In this document: piece after piece, positions 39,859-49,401 of the stretch
How the letters are laid out: every line of letters starts with the position of its first letter
How positions within the stretch are numbered: position 1 is the first letter of the stretch
DNA from: Ignavibacteriales bacterium
Lineage (GTDB): Bacteria > Bacteroidota > Ignavibacteria > T3Sed10-11
Direction: 5' to 3'
Assembly: GCA_003567775.1 (NCBI GenBank)
Contig: PWYR01000083.1
Location: forward strand, 833 to 64,832
DNA length: 64,000 bases
Position numbers and translations under genes: made by a program
The notes under the pieces: model-generated
Told to the model about the DNA's origin: nothing
Seen by the model: the letters and a program-made list of their open reading frames with translations, nothing else
Databases searched by the model: none

Positions 39859-42650
39859 ATACCCCTCTTCTTGTACCTCCCGGACATGACATCATAGAGG
39901 AGATCGCCAACCGGTTAACACACCGGGACAGGGACTATTCCGGCACACTCGTTGTTTTCCCGGGAAAACGTCCGGGACATTTTCTTCGTAAAAAGATCGG
40001 CTCGGTGACGGGCGCCGGTTTTATTCCACCGCGCATTATGTCGATGGATGAATTTGTGGATCATATATACGAAAATGAACTTAGGATCAATTACCGCAAA
40101 ATTGATCACCTTGACGCTGCTGCATTATTATATGAAATACACACATCGATTGCTTCACCGGTTGGAGGAGATAATTTTAAACGAGTAGATGACTTCCTTC
40201 CACTTGCGATGAACATATTTAAAGAACTTGAGGAGTTTTGCATCGCCGACATTTCTTCAGCTCACTTACGCGATGTCCTTTCCGGTTATGATACAGGGCA
40301 GATCGGGTCGCTTGAAACGTATTATACAAAATTCTATGAAGCGGTATCCGCGGGCAAATATTCTACGCGTTCAGTAAGGTACCGGGAAGCGGCACGATCG
40401 ATGCAAGATTTAGAATTACGGGGATTCACACAGATTTTCTTTGCGGGTTTCTTTGTATTGACAAAATCAGATCGTGATATTTTTTCCGGACTTCTTAGAC
40501 GCGACGACACGCTTGTTATTTTTCAGAACGGAAAAGGGATGCAGGAGCATCTTAATAAGCTTAGTATAAAACCGGAAAAAATTGAAGGTCACACGACAAC
40601 GCCGGTCGTCCGGTTCCATAAAAGTCCAGATACGCACGGACAGGTTTTTGCACTTTCGGGATTAATAAAAAAACTTATCGATGAGAAAGTTGTACCGGAT
40701 GAAAAGAATGTGATTGTAGCTCCTTTAGCAGATACGCTTTTTCCGCTCATTCAGCACACCCTGCCGTTGATCCCGAATAACGACTACAACATATCGCTCG
40801 GATATCCTGCTTCACGAAGCACGCTCAACGGATTTCTTCGAAGCGTGATGGATGCAATTCTATCCCGCGAGGATAACAGATACTACGCACACGACTACCT
40901 GCGATTTGTACTGCATCCATACACAAAAAATATATTATTAAACGGCGCATCCGAACCATCGCGAATTTTATTCCACGCAATCGAGGATCATTTCACCGAA
41001 AATAACACGCTTACTTTTTTCGATCTTGCAGAGATAGAAAACGATGCTATTCTGTTCGAACAAATTGCAGCACGGGCAACCGGTGCGGGTTATTCCATAT
41101 CGGCTGAAAAATTCCGGGATCATCTGATCCGGATACACAAAGATACTATTCGTTCGGTTGAGAATGTATCTTCAATCGGCGTGTTCTCAAAGAAACTCAT
41201 AGACATCATTCTATTCATCAACGATCACAGCACCGCCCGCCAACATCCTCTCTTCAATCATTTCTCGGGTCATCTCATCGACGCCCTGACTATTTTACAA
41301 AATTCACTACTTGCAGAAGTTGCATTTAAAGAGAACGAAGCGTATTACAATTTTTACAATCACTACATCGAAAGTGTTCAGATACCGTTTGCCGGCGCCC
41401 CGTTGAATGGACTACAGGTGCTGGGATTTCTTGAGACACGAACGTTAAAATTTAACCGGGTGTTTTTTCTTGATGCAAACGATGATGTGATATCGGGTAT
41501 GCGTCAAGATGAATCACTTGTGCCGACGCGGGTGCGCACGGAACTCGGCATTCCCACTTACCGGGAACGTGAACGCTTGTATGCATATTATCTTGATTTA
41601 TTGATTCACCATGCACGTGAAGTTGATTTCTTTTACATAGAGAAAGATAAAAAGGAACGGAGCCGGTGCCTCGAGCAGCTTGCCTGGCATGCTGAAAAAT
41701 CGGGCAGGCATATAGAAACCGATTCGATCCGGTATAACATTAAGCTGACAAATTCAGAGCCGTCGCCGACACCAAAAACGAATGAAACCGCATCAATTCT
41801 AAAAAATATGAAATATAGTGCAACATCACTCGATACGTACCTGAAATGTCAACTTCGTTTTTATTACCGGTATATATTGAAACTCAGGGAACACGATGAA
41901 CTTGCGGAAGATATAGATAACTTGCAAATAGGCAGCATAGTCCACACAATTTTAAAACGATATTTTACTCCGCGAAAAGAGATTGAACTGACACCGGACG
42001 ATTTATCGATAGATGATATGAAAACTACCGTCAACGAAGTTTTCACGAATATATTCGGCGACCGAATATCGGGTAAGGTGTATATACTCAGGCAACAAAT
42101 TCAGCGTCGCATGGAGGAGTTTCTTTATGCTTATCAAATCCCGATCTCCCGTCAATCTAAGGTAAAGGTACTTGACGTTGAAACTCCGCTCGAAGCCGAT
42201 TATACCAGCCACCGTCTCATCGGGACAATCGATCGCATAGAAAAACGAGACGAATCGATTCATATCATCGATTATAAAATTTCAGCTAATGCAGACCGGC
42301 TGCGAATACGTTTCGATAAACTGGATTCCGGGGATCGGTCAACCTGGTATGATGCAGTCGGTTCACTTCAGTTGCCGGTTTATAAAGTTTTATATGAAAA
42401 CAATTTATCCGATACGTCAACATTACTCAACCCGATCTTTCTCTTACTGGGAAAACAAAGATTGGGTACGGATATCGAAATTGGTTTAATGAACGACCCA
42501 CAAGAGGATATCGCAATAAAAGAAGTTCTGACGAAACTATTGGCAGAAATTACCAACCCGGATATTGATTTTCACCCCGCCGAAGATTTTACCGCTGAAT
42601 GTCCGAATTGCCCGTATAAATATATGTGCGGAACACAGTGGACGGGATGA
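39855..42650 (+). CDS. addB: PD-(D/E)XK nuclease family protein, AddB-like (inactive helicase-like N-domain, Fe-S staple cysteines)
   Basis: ATGA overlap with the upstream gene. No Walker A. GTIDRIEKRDESIHIIDYKIS nuclease motif. Cys pattern of one upstream (YLKCQLRFYY) plus C-terminal CPNCPYKYMC. Confidence 0.7.
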   Translation: MNTPLLVPPGHDIIEEIANRLTHRDRDYSGTLVVFPGKRPGHFLRKKIGSVTGAGFIPPRIMSMDEFVDHIYENELRINYRKIDHLDAAALLYEIHTSIASPVGGDNFKRVDDFLPLAMNIFKELEEFCIADISSAHLRDVLSGYDTGQIGSLETYYTKFYEAVSAGKYSTRSVRYREAARSMQDLELRGFTQIFFAGFFVLTKSDRDIFSGLLRRDDTLVIFQNGKGMQEHLNKLSIKPEKIEGHTTTPVVRFHKSPDTHGQVFALSGLIKKLIDEKVVPDEKNVIVAPLADTLFPLIQHTLPLIPNNDYNISLGYPASRSTLNGFLRSVMDAILSREDNRYYAHDYLRFVLHPYTKNILLNGASEPSRILFHAIEDHFTENNTLTFFDLAEIENDAILFEQIAARATGAGYSISAEKFRDHLIRIHKDTIRSVENVSSIGVFSKKLIDIILFINDHSTARQHPLFNHFSGHLIDALTILQNSLLAEVAFKENEAYYNFYNHYIESVQIPFAGAPLNGLQVLGFLETRTLKFNRVFFLDANDDVISGMRQDESLVPTRVRTELGIPTYRERERLYAYYLDLLIHHAREVDFFYIEKDKKERSRCLEQLAWHAEKSGRHIETDSIRYNIKLTNSEPSPTPKTNETASILKNMKYSATSLDTYLKCQLRFYYRYILKLREHDELAEDIDNLQIGSIVHTILKRYFTPRKEIELTPDDLSIDDMKTTVNEVFTNIFGDRISGKVYILRQQIQRRMEEFLYAYQIPISRQSKVKVLDVETPLEADYTSHRLIGTIDRIEKRDESIHIIDYKISANADRLRIRFDKLDSGDRSTWYDAVGSLQLPVYKVLYENNLSDTSTLLNPIFLLLGKQRLGTDIEIGLMNDPQEDIAIKEVLTKLLAEITNPDIDFHPAEDFTAECPNCPYKYMCGTQWTG

Positions 42651-42658
42651 GTTCAGTC

Positions 42659-42689
42659 GGCAGGTTGCAGTTGGCAGTTGCAGTTTTTT
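42659..42689. repeat. short tandem heptamer-like repeat (GCAG[GT]T core, 4 copies) ending in a T-run
   Basis: GGCAGGT TGCAGTT GGCAGTT GCAGTTT TTT, beginning 9 nt after the addB-like stop. Confidence 0.6.
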
Positions 42690-42780
42690 GTAAATGAATT
42701 TCATATCAATGTTTGTTGTTATACAGTACGTTAAGGACGTACTGGCGGAACGCCCTTACAGATGGCGGCATAAAATTCAT

Positions 42781-42814
42781 CCCGTAAAGGAGATTCATGA
42801 ATCTCCTTTACGGG
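42781..42814 (+). terminator. perfect 15-bp hairpin, putative terminator after addB-like gene
   Basis: CCCGTAAAGGAGATT-CATG-AATCTCCTTTACGGG followed by ACGGTTATTATTTTAATT. A second 8-bp hairpin lies at 42724-42744. Confidence 0.4.
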
Positions 42815-42845
42815 ACGGTTATTATTTTAATTCATAAAAAGCTTT

Positions 42846-44969
42846 ATGACACAATCAACTCAAAATCCCAACAGACTTATCAACGAAAAAAGTCCGTACT
42901 TATTACAACATGCATATAACCCCGTTGACTGGTACCCGTGGGGAGATGAAGCGTTTGAGAAGGCAAAAAAAGAAGACAAGCCCATATTTCTTTCCATCGG
43001 TTACTCAACATGTTACTGGTGCCACGTCATGGAGCGGGAGGTTTTTGAAAACGAACAGCTTGCAGATTTAATGAACAAAAATTTAGTCAACATTAAAGTT
43101 GACCGCGAGGAGCGTCCGGACGTCGACCGGATATATATGAAAGCGTTGCAGGCAATGTCGGGACACGGCGGCTGGCCTATGTCGGTATTCCTGACGCACG
43201 ATCTCAAGCCGTTTTATGCGGCGACATATATTCCTCCAACTCCAAAACATGGCATTCCGGGTTTCGGTGATGTCGTTCGCGCCATAAACAACGTATGGAA
43301 AAATGAACGGGAGAAGATTACACAGACAAGCCGGCAAATTTATGATCATCTTTCAAAATCGGTTTCGCCGGTATTGCCGCAACAGAATCTTGATGAGAAT
43401 ATTCTTGACAACGGCTTTGCACAAATCAAAGATGCATTCGATCCGGAGAACGGCGGATTTGGCGACGCCCCGAAATTCCCCACCCCGGTAATGTTTAATT
43501 TTCTGCTGCCTTACCACATCCGAACCGGAGAACGGCAGGCGCTCGAGATGCCTCTTTTCACACTCAAAAAGACGGCGCACGGCGGGATCTATGATCATAT
43601 CGGAGGCGGATTCCACCGATACGCCACCGATGCAAAATGGCGCGTTCCGCATTTTGAGAAGATGCTCTACGATCAGGCACAACTTATTACTTCATATATC
43701 GAAGCATACCAAATAACCGGTGATGAATTTTACGCAAATACTGCAAAGGATGTTCTTGAATATGTTAATCGTGTTATGACGGCTCCTCAGGGAGGTTTCT
43801 ATTCGGCTGAAGATGCAGAGAGTGCCGTTGATCCGGATAATCCATCGGAGAAGGAAGAGGGCGCGTTTTATGTTTGGTCATATGAAGAAATCGATTCGGT
43901 GCTTACAGCCGATGAAATGGCTGTTGCAGAAAAATATTACGACATCCGGAAAGACGGCAATGTAGACGCCGATCCGCATGGCGTTTTTACCGGAAAAAAC
44001 ATATTCTCCATCGTTACGAGTAAAGAGGAAACAGCCCGCGAGTTAGGTAAAGAACCGGGAGATATAACCGAACTCCAGTCCTCCATTCGTCGCAAACTAT
44101 TTGAAGCCCGGGAAAAACGTACGAAACCTCATCTTGATGATAAAATTCTTGTGTCCTGGAATGGCCTTATGATTTCTGCATGTGCCCGTGCATTTCAAGT
44201 CTTTGGCAAAGATGAATATCTACACATGGCAAATAATGCAGCCCGCTTTATTCTCAATACGTTGTATGATGGAGATTCACGGAAAATGTTACGCCGTTAC
44301 CGCGACGGCGAAGCAAGGATTGAAGCACATCTTGAAGATTACGCTTTTCTGATCCGATCATTGATCGATCTCTACGAAGCGTCATTTGAAATAGATCTGC
44401 TCGATACGGCGCTTCGGTTAAGCAAAGATATGATCGAATTATTTTACGATGAAGAGAACGGAGGATTCTTCGATACCTCCGGAAAAGATCCCTCGGTTAT
44501 ACTGCGTTCAAAGGAATGGCACGACAGCGCCGAGCCGTCGGGAAATTCAATAGCAATCGAAAACCTGCTGCGATTATCATATATGTTCGGACGTGATAAT
44601 TACCGGGAAAAAGCAATGAAGTCGCTTTCCTATTTCAGCGAGATAATGAACAAAGCGCCGCAGGCAACCGCACAATTTCTTGCAGTGCTGGATCTTGCAC
44701 TCTCAAAACCAAAACAAATAATCATCGCCGGGGACGTTTACGAACCGGCGACACAAACTTTGCTCCGAGAAGTGCAATCCCGCTTTATTCCCGGCAAAGT
44801 ATTGCTGCTCGCCGACGGCAGCAATGGACAGGAATACCTCTCCTCAAAAGTCGAGTTCATCGGAACGGTAAAGAAAATAGACGAAAAGCCGACGGCGTAT
44901 GTGTGTGAAAACTTTACCTGTGAACTTCCGGTGAATGAGGTGGATAAATTAAGGAATTTATTGAAATAA
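42846..44969 (+). CDS. thioredoxin-domain protein, YyaL/DUF255 (SSP411-like) family
   Basis: [29 protein letters not shown]...[14 protein letters not shown], followed by a six-hairpin glycosidase-like body. 707 aa. Confidence 0.85.
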   Translation: MTQSTQNPNRLINEKSPYLLQHAYNPVDWYPWGDEAFEKAKKEDKPIFLSIGYSTCYWCHVMEREVFENEQLADLMNKNLVNIKVDREERPDVDRIYMKALQAMSGHGGWPMSVFLTHDLKPFYAATYIPPTPKHGIPGFGDVVRAINNVWKNEREKITQTSRQIYDHLSKSVSPVLPQQNLDENILDNGFAQIKDAFDPENGGFGDAPKFPTPVMFNFLLPYHIRTGERQALEMPLFTLKKTAHGGIYDHIGGGFHRYATDAKWRVPHFEKMLYDQAQLITSYIEAYQITGDEFYANTAKDVLEYVNRVMTAPQGGFYSAEDAESAVDPDNPSEKEEGAFYVWSYEEIDSVLTADEMAVAEKYYDIRKDGNVDADPHGVFTGKNIFSIVTSKEETARELGKEPGDITELQSSIRRKLFEAREKRTKPHLDDKILVSWNGLMISACARAFQVFGKDEYLHMANNAARFILNTLYDGDSRKMLRRYRDGEARIEAHLEDYAFLIRSLIDLYEASFEIDLLDTALRLSKDMIELFYDEENGGFFDTSGKDPSVILRSKEWHDSAEPSGNSIAIENLLRLSYMFGRDNYREKAMKSLSYFSEIMNKAPQATAQFLAVLDLALSKPKQIIIAGDVYEPATQTLLREVQSRFIPGKVLLLADGSNGQEYLSSKVEFIGTVKKIDEKPTAYVCENFTCELPVNEVDKLRNLLK

Positions 44970-44992
44970 GCGACCACAAACCACTTAGCATT

Positions 44993-45020
44993 TGCATATA
45001 AAGTTTTATACTGATATATT
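44993..45020 (+). promoter_or_regulatory. candidate sigma-70-type promoter of TA-like cassette 1
   Basis: TTGCAT-N16-TATATT, 27 nt upstream of the ATG at 45047. Confidence 0.35.
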
Positions 45021-45046
45021 TTAAAAGGTATTGGTTATTCGATCCG

Positions 45047-45297
45047 ATGAAAACAACGGACTATTTCAAAGATAATGTATTGAAACGGCGTCCATATTTA
45101 AAACAAAATGGATCGAGTTTGTAATATCTGAACCAATTCACAAAGAAGTACAACAAAATAAACGTATACGATATTGGGGTTTTATTAAAGAAGCAAACAA
45201 ATAGTTACGAGTTGTGACAGAAGCCGACGGTGAAACTATACATAATGCTTTTTTTGATCGTGGTTTTAAAGAAAAAGGATGGGATGAGAAGATATGA
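45047..45297 (+). pseudogene. disrupted small toxin-like gene (DUF4258-like by recollection) upstream of DUF2283
   Basis: Frame A reads MKTTDYFKDNVLKRRPYLKQNGSSL*. Frame B continues WIEFVISEPIHKEVQQNKRIRYWGFIKEANK*LRVVTEADGETIHNAFFDRGFKEKG. That is a 1-nt frameshift near 45104-45109 plus an in-frame TAG at 45202-45204. Its stop overlaps the DUF2283 ATG (ATGA). Confidence 0.7.
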
Positions 45298-45539
45298 ATT
45301 TCAAATATGGTTCAAAATCCGATATGTTATATATCGAGTTAATTAATAAACCAAGTATTGAATCAGATGAAGTAGCACCGGGAATCGTGATTGATTTTGA
45401 TGAAAACGATCAAGCCGTTGGTATTGAAATAGAAGATGCAAGCAAACGAATTGATATGTCACGGCTGGAAATATCGGCGCTTCCAATAGTTGACCTAATC
45501 GTAAGCAAAAGTGAAGTTGAGAATATAAACTCTGAGTAG
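45294..45539 (+). CDS. DUF2283 domain protein (antitoxin-like partner)
   Basis: 81 aa: YGSKSDMLYIELINKPSIESDEVAPGIVIDFDENDQAVGIEIEDAS. This is the typical DUF2283 pattern. Confidence 0.75.
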   Translation: MNFKYGSKSDMLYIELINKPSIESDEVAPGIVIDFDENDQAVGIEIEDASKRIDMSRLEISALPIVDLIVSKSEVENINSE

Positions 45540-45609
45540 AGCACATAATATAATAAACTGCCAACTCTGAATTTTCTTAATAATAAGTTTTCTCTCACAG
45601 ATCAAACAA

Positions 45610-45637
45610 TTCGTAATTCTAAATTCGTAATTCGTAA
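45610..45637. repeat. 4 x 7-nt tandem repeat TTCGTAA (one degenerate copy)
   Basis: TTCGTAA TTCTAAA TTCGTAA TTCGTAA, ending 7 nt before the ATG at 45645. Confidence 0.7.
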
Positions 45638-45644
45638 CTCATAA

Positions 45645-46361
45645 ATGGAATACTATCTCGCATTTCTCGCCGGCTTCTTCGGCAGCATGCACTGCGTCGG
45701 TATGTGCGGTGCAATAGTTTTAGCATATTCGACCCAGCATAACCTAACAGCCAAATCACCGTTACAATCGATACCGGCTCATCTTTCTTACAATGCGGGA
45801 AGGGTGCTCAGCAAGACGGTGGTCGGTGCTTTGCTCGGATTGATCGGCGCCGGATTGACCGGCATCGAAACAATTGCTCCATACTTTACCGGTGGCGTGG
45901 GATTTCTGCTCATCTTTGCGGGGATATGGATGTTAAAAATTATTCCGGGCACCGGCTTCTCGGAAAAGCTTCCGATGCAGCGGCAAACACGTGCGTTTCT
46001 ATTCAGAATATATACAAAAACATACGGGAAGCTGCTCAATAGTCCGACCAACGAAAGCAAGTTCTATATCGGCATGCTGACGGTATTCCTCCCGTGCGGG
46101 TTGCTTTATGCGATGTTCTTAAAAGCCGCCGCTTCGGGAAGTTTGCTTGCCGGCGCAACGATTATGTTTTTGTTTGGTATGGGGATCTTTCCGGCATTGT
46201 TTGTTGTCGGAATTGCATCATCCTATTTTGGAACAAAGCTGCGCTTTATCGGAGATAAACTCGCGGCAATAACGATTATTATTTTGGGACTAATGATGGC
46301 ATCGCGTGCGGTGGGACTGCCGATGTTGTTGATGGGCGGGGGAAACGGGGAGTGCCATTGA
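45645..46361 (+). CDS. DsbD_2/UreH-like membrane protein (usually annotated sulfite exporter TauE/SafE family)
   Basis: 238-aa polytopic protein. The N-terminal FGSMHCVGMCGAIV (HCxGMCG) motif is present. Confidence 0.7.
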   Translation: MEYYLAFLAGFFGSMHCVGMCGAIVLAYSTQHNLTAKSPLQSIPAHLSYNAGRVLSKTVVGALLGLIGAGLTGIETIAPYFTGGVGFLLIFAGIWMLKIIPGTGFSEKLPMQRQTRAFLFRIYTKTYGKLLNSPTNESKFYIGMLTVFLPCGLLYAMFLKAAASGSLLAGATIMFLFGMGIFPALFVVGIASSYFGTKLRFIGDKLAAITIIILGLMMASRAVGLPMLLMGGGNGECH

Positions 46362-46416
46362 ATCGGGTGTAGCAGATGCCGATTATGAATTTCGCCGGTT
46401 GTTTAGATACACTTCA

Positions 46417-46513
46417 TAATTCGATATTGGGTGTTCAAGATTCGACATTTAAATCGAATAATGAATATCGAACGCCGAATTTCCAATAACAAAAACGATT
46501 TCGACATTTTTTC
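46417..46513. repeat. AT-rich region with dispersed TTCGA[CT]ATT / ATATCGAA motifs
   Basis: TTCGATATT (46420), GATTCGACATTT (46439), AATCGAATAAT, ATATCGAAC, GATTTCGACATTTTTT (46497). They occur in both direct and inverted arrangement. Confidence 0.5.
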
Positions 46514-46543
46514 TATACAATAACACAACTTTCATACCTCCAC

Positions 46544-46654
46544 TCATCTCGAATACACCATACGCCTCACTTCAACATACTCACCCGCAGTCAACCGGTA
46601 TATATATACACCGCTCATCGGCCCCGATGCATCCCAGATTTGACCGCGCGTCAT
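46544..46654 (-). pseudogene. remnant of a T9SS C-terminal sorting domain (gene fragment)
   Basis: Minus-strand translation ...KMTRGQIWDASGPMSGVYIYRLTAGEYVEVRRMVYSR* matches the last beta-strands of a T9SS CTD (compare ASGIYFYTIRTGNEFFEKHRMVLIK at 9293). An in-frame stop upstream leaves no protein body. Confidence 0.5.
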
Positions 46655-46747
46655 CTTATGTAACTTCTTGATAGTGGTCGCTTGTCGAGCCGATAACCTG
46701 ACAACTAATTTCGTGGGAGTGCTATTTCAGTGGGAGAATATGTAATT

Positions 46748-47245
46748 CTACAACGCCTTAAACCGTTCGAACGGCTGCCGGCATGAGTTGCAGTAGTAAA
46801 TCATACGGCACAGGGTCGGACCGAAGGGGTTCTCCATCGTGGTATCATTTGATTTACAATACGGACATTTCACCTCGGCGTTTATTGCGCTTGTAGGATT
46901 ACCGTTGTGTTTTGTCGGAGGGGTGATGCCGAACGTTTCGAGTTTTAAACGCGCCTCATCATCGAGCATATCGGTCGACCACGGTTCTTTAAAGCTCAAA
47001 TCGATATTAATTTTCTCAAAACCAAGCTCACGGAGTTTCTCTTCAATGTCGGATTTCATCTGATATATTGCAGGACATCCGGCAAAGGTCGGGGTCATCG
47101 TCACGTGTACCTCATTGCCGTCGATCTTTACATCGCGAACGATTTTCATATCGACAAGAGATAACACGGGAATCTCCGGATCTGTCACTTCTTTTAATGC
47201 CACCCATACATCGGCATTCGTTATATTTCCAAGGTCTTTATTCAT
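46748..47245 (-). CDS. paaD: 1,2-phenylacetyl-CoA epoxidase subunit PaaD
   Basis: 165 aa with VTDPEIPVLSLVDM, TPTFAGCPA and a C-terminal Cys-rich KCPYC...CNSC. Confidence 0.85.
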   Translation of the reverse strand: MNKDLGNITNADVWVALKEVTDPEIPVLSLVDMKIVRDVKIDGNEVHVTMTPTFAGCPAIYQMKSDIEEKLRELGFEKINIDLSFKEPWSTDMLDDEARLKLETFGITPPTKHNGNPTSAINAEVKCPYCKSNDTTMENPFGPTLCRMIYYCNSCRQPFERFKAL

Positions 47246-47302
47246 CTTTCATATTTTTAACAACTGTCTCCAAATATATCATTCTAATGGCTCGAACCGT
47301 CT

Positions 47303-47330
47303 CACATTTCACATTTCACGTTTCACATTT
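47303..47330. repeat. 4 x 7-nt tandem repeat CACATTT (third copy CACGTTT) in the paaC-paaD spacer
   Basis: CACATTT CACATTT CACGTTT CACATTT. Confidence 0.75.
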
Positions 47331-47336
47331 GCCCTC

Positions 47337-48116
47337 TCACCACTTTGCTCCCGGAATCATCCGGTACACTTTCTGCATATCTTCAATTATTTTATGTAAA
47401 TGCTCAGTGTGTTTTTTTTGCCTCCCCCCATACAATGGTTCAACGTTAGATTCAACGGTTCCGTTCGTTTCTATTACAGGTGATTGTAATCCCGAGCGTT
47501 TCAATACCGGTGTTACAAACTGAAGCCATTCGGCTTCGAGAGTCCTGCTGTCCGGTATAATTTTCTCATCTATCAATACATCCTCACCCGGTATTTTCTC
47601 GAACAGCCCGAGCGCCTGCTCAAATGCTTCATCCACCGCGCGCTGCATCCGCCGGCGACTTTCTTCGGTTGCGTCGCCGAGCCGTTCAACATTTCCCTGT
47701 GTGTGGAGTAAATGGTATTGTTCTTCCGGATAAATTTTCGCAGCAAGTTCTCGGATAAGTTCATACGTTGAGTTTTTCAAATACCTCAATCGTATTATTT
47801 CGGCGGCATCAAAAAAGAATTGGCGAACTATGGTATACGCCCAATCGCCTTTGGGCATCTGCACAAAATGGCAACAGGTGAACTCATCGGCATCCCGGAG
47901 AAATCCCATTGTATCGGGATCATTTCCACCAAGTGATTCATATATTCGCAGCAATGCTTGCGCATGACCGATCTCATCCTGCGCTATATTTGAGAAGGCG
48001 ATATCTTCTTCGATAAGCGGAGCGTGGCCGGTCCATTCGGCATCCCGATGACCGAGTATCAGTTCGTCGTCTGCAAGCGCGAGCAAATATGTTTGTATTG
48101 CTTCATTCTTATTCAC
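47337..48116 (-). CDS. paaC: 1,2-phenylacetyl-CoA epoxidase subunit PaaC
   Basis: 259 aa with LLALADDELILGHRDAEWTGHAPLIEEDIAFSNIAQDEIGHA. Confidence 0.85.
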   Translation of the reverse strand: MNKNEAIQTYLLALADDELILGHRDAEWTGHAPLIEEDIAFSNIAQDEIGHAQALLRIYESLGGNDPDTMGFLRDADEFTCCHFVQMPKGDWAYTIVRQFFFDAAEIIRLRYLKNSTYELIRELAAKIYPEEQYHLLHTQGNVERLGDATEESRRRMQRAVDEAFEQALGLFEKIPGEDVLIDEKIIPDSRTLEAEWLQFVTPVLKRSGLQSPVIETNGTVESNVEPLYGGRQKKHTEHLHKIIEDMQKVYRMIPGAKW

Positions 48117-48396
48117 GGTGTTTCCCTTTCAGCGGCGCCGGAAAACCGTACACTTCGCGATACTCTTTATCGGTATTACGCGCAAAGAAAAAGGGAACGT
48201 CGTAATTCGTCTTTACAACATGCTCTTCACGAACAACCCACAAACTCACACATTCTTGACGGCGTGCAAACTGTTCCTTTGCCATCTGTAGCGCCATCTC
48301 CTCATCGGATGCATGCACTGCACCGACGTGTACGTGCGACGCACCGCGCTTTTCCTGATGAAATACTTCCCAGATCGGTAATTGGGTATCGTTCAT
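48109..48396 (-). CDS. paaB: 1,2-phenylacetyl-CoA epoxidase subunit PaaB
   Basis: 95 aa with [21 protein letters not shown]. It overlaps both paaA and paaC. Confidence 0.85.
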   Translation of the reverse strand: MNDTQLPIWEVFHQEKRGASHVHVGAVHASDEEMALQMAKEQFARRQECVSLWVVREEHVVKTNYDVPFFFARNTDKEYREVYGFPAPLKGKHRE

Positions 48397-49343
48397 ACCG
48401 CCGGCGCCTCGCGTTTATGTTTTGCAACCGCAAGCGCCTGTCGTACCCACCGACCTTCTTCATGGGCTTTCCGCCGTGCTTCCATTCGTTCCTTATTACA
48501 TGGACCATCGCCTTTTATGACACGCTTTAATTCGTTATAGTCGGGTTCGGTGAAGTGCCAGTGACCGGTTTTTTCGTCATAGTATAAATTATCGTCCGGC
48601 GGATTCAAACCTACCGATTTCAATTGGGGAACAACCAGATCGATAAATTCCTGCCTGAGTTCATCGTTGGTTTTTACTTTTACTCCCCAGCGTTTCAGTT
48701 TTTCAAGATGCGGCGAATCGCTGTCGGGCATGCCGAGCATCATCAGCGTCGGGTGCCACCAGCGATTAAGTGCATCCTGCGCCATTTGTTTTTGTTCTTC
48801 TGTTCCGTAAACCATTTTAATCAGGAGATCCTGTCCCTGCTTGATATGAAAGGATTCCTCGAAGCAGATACGCTTCATTGCACGGGCATACGGTCCGTAT
48901 GAACTCTTTGCAATCATTCGTTGATTCACAACCGCGGCGCCGTCAACGAGCCAGCCGATCATTCCGACATCAGCCCAGGTCGGTGTGGGATAATTAAATA
49001 CATTGGAATATTTTGCTTTTCCTTCAAGAAGCTCCTCAAGCATCTCCTCACGCGATTTGCCAAGTGTTTCGGCGGCACGGTAGAGTAACTGTCCGTGTCC
49101 CGCTTCATCCTGCACCTTGGCTATCAGTGTCAGCTTCCGGCGAAAGCCCGGTGCATGAGGTATCCATTTCCCTTCAGGCAGCATACCAACAATTTCGCTG
49201 TGTGCATGCTGCCCGATCATACGAATTAGTTGTTTGCGATACTCGTCCGGCATCCAGTCGCCGGGCTCGATTTTCTCACCCCGAGCGATACGTGCTTCGA
49301 ACTCGGTAATTTTTTCTTCGTATGTTCTTTCCCGAACATCCAT
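48393..49343 (-). CDS. paaA: 1,2-phenylacetyl-CoA epoxidase catalytic subunit PaaA
   Basis: 316 aa of the di-iron ferritin-like type, with [10 protein letters not shown] and DEAGHG. Confidence 0.9.
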   Translation of the reverse strand: MDVRERTYEEKITEFEARIARGEKIEPGDWMPDEYRKQLIRMIGQHAHSEIVGMLPEGKWIPHAPGFRRKLTLIAKVQDEAGHGQLLYRAAETLGKSREEMLEELLEGKAKYSNVFNYPTPTWADVGMIGWLVDGAAVVNQRMIAKSSYGPYARAMKRICFEESFHIKQGQDLLIKMVYGTEEQKQMAQDALNRWWHPTLMMLGMPDSDSPHLEKLKRWGVKVKTNDELRQEFIDLVVPQLKSVGLNPPDDNLYYDEKTGHWHFTEPDYNELKRVIKGDGPCNKERMEARRKAHEEGRWVRQALAVAKHKREAPAV

Positions 49344-49401
49344 GAAGGACCTCCCTTAGATTAATATTAGTTCAGTTATAAAAATCTACACAGTTCAACG
49401 C

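Noticed and set aside
42659-42689. TGGCAG...TTGCAG read as a possible sigma-54 promoter
   Set aside because: With either GG as -24, the positions 10 nt downstream are TT rather than GC/GT, so the spacing fails. It is better described as a heptamer repeat.
42694-42837. 47-aa ORF (MNFISMFVVIQYVKDVL...) in the addB-yyaL spacer
   Set aside because: It runs straight through two perfect hairpins, has no SD and has no recognisable family.
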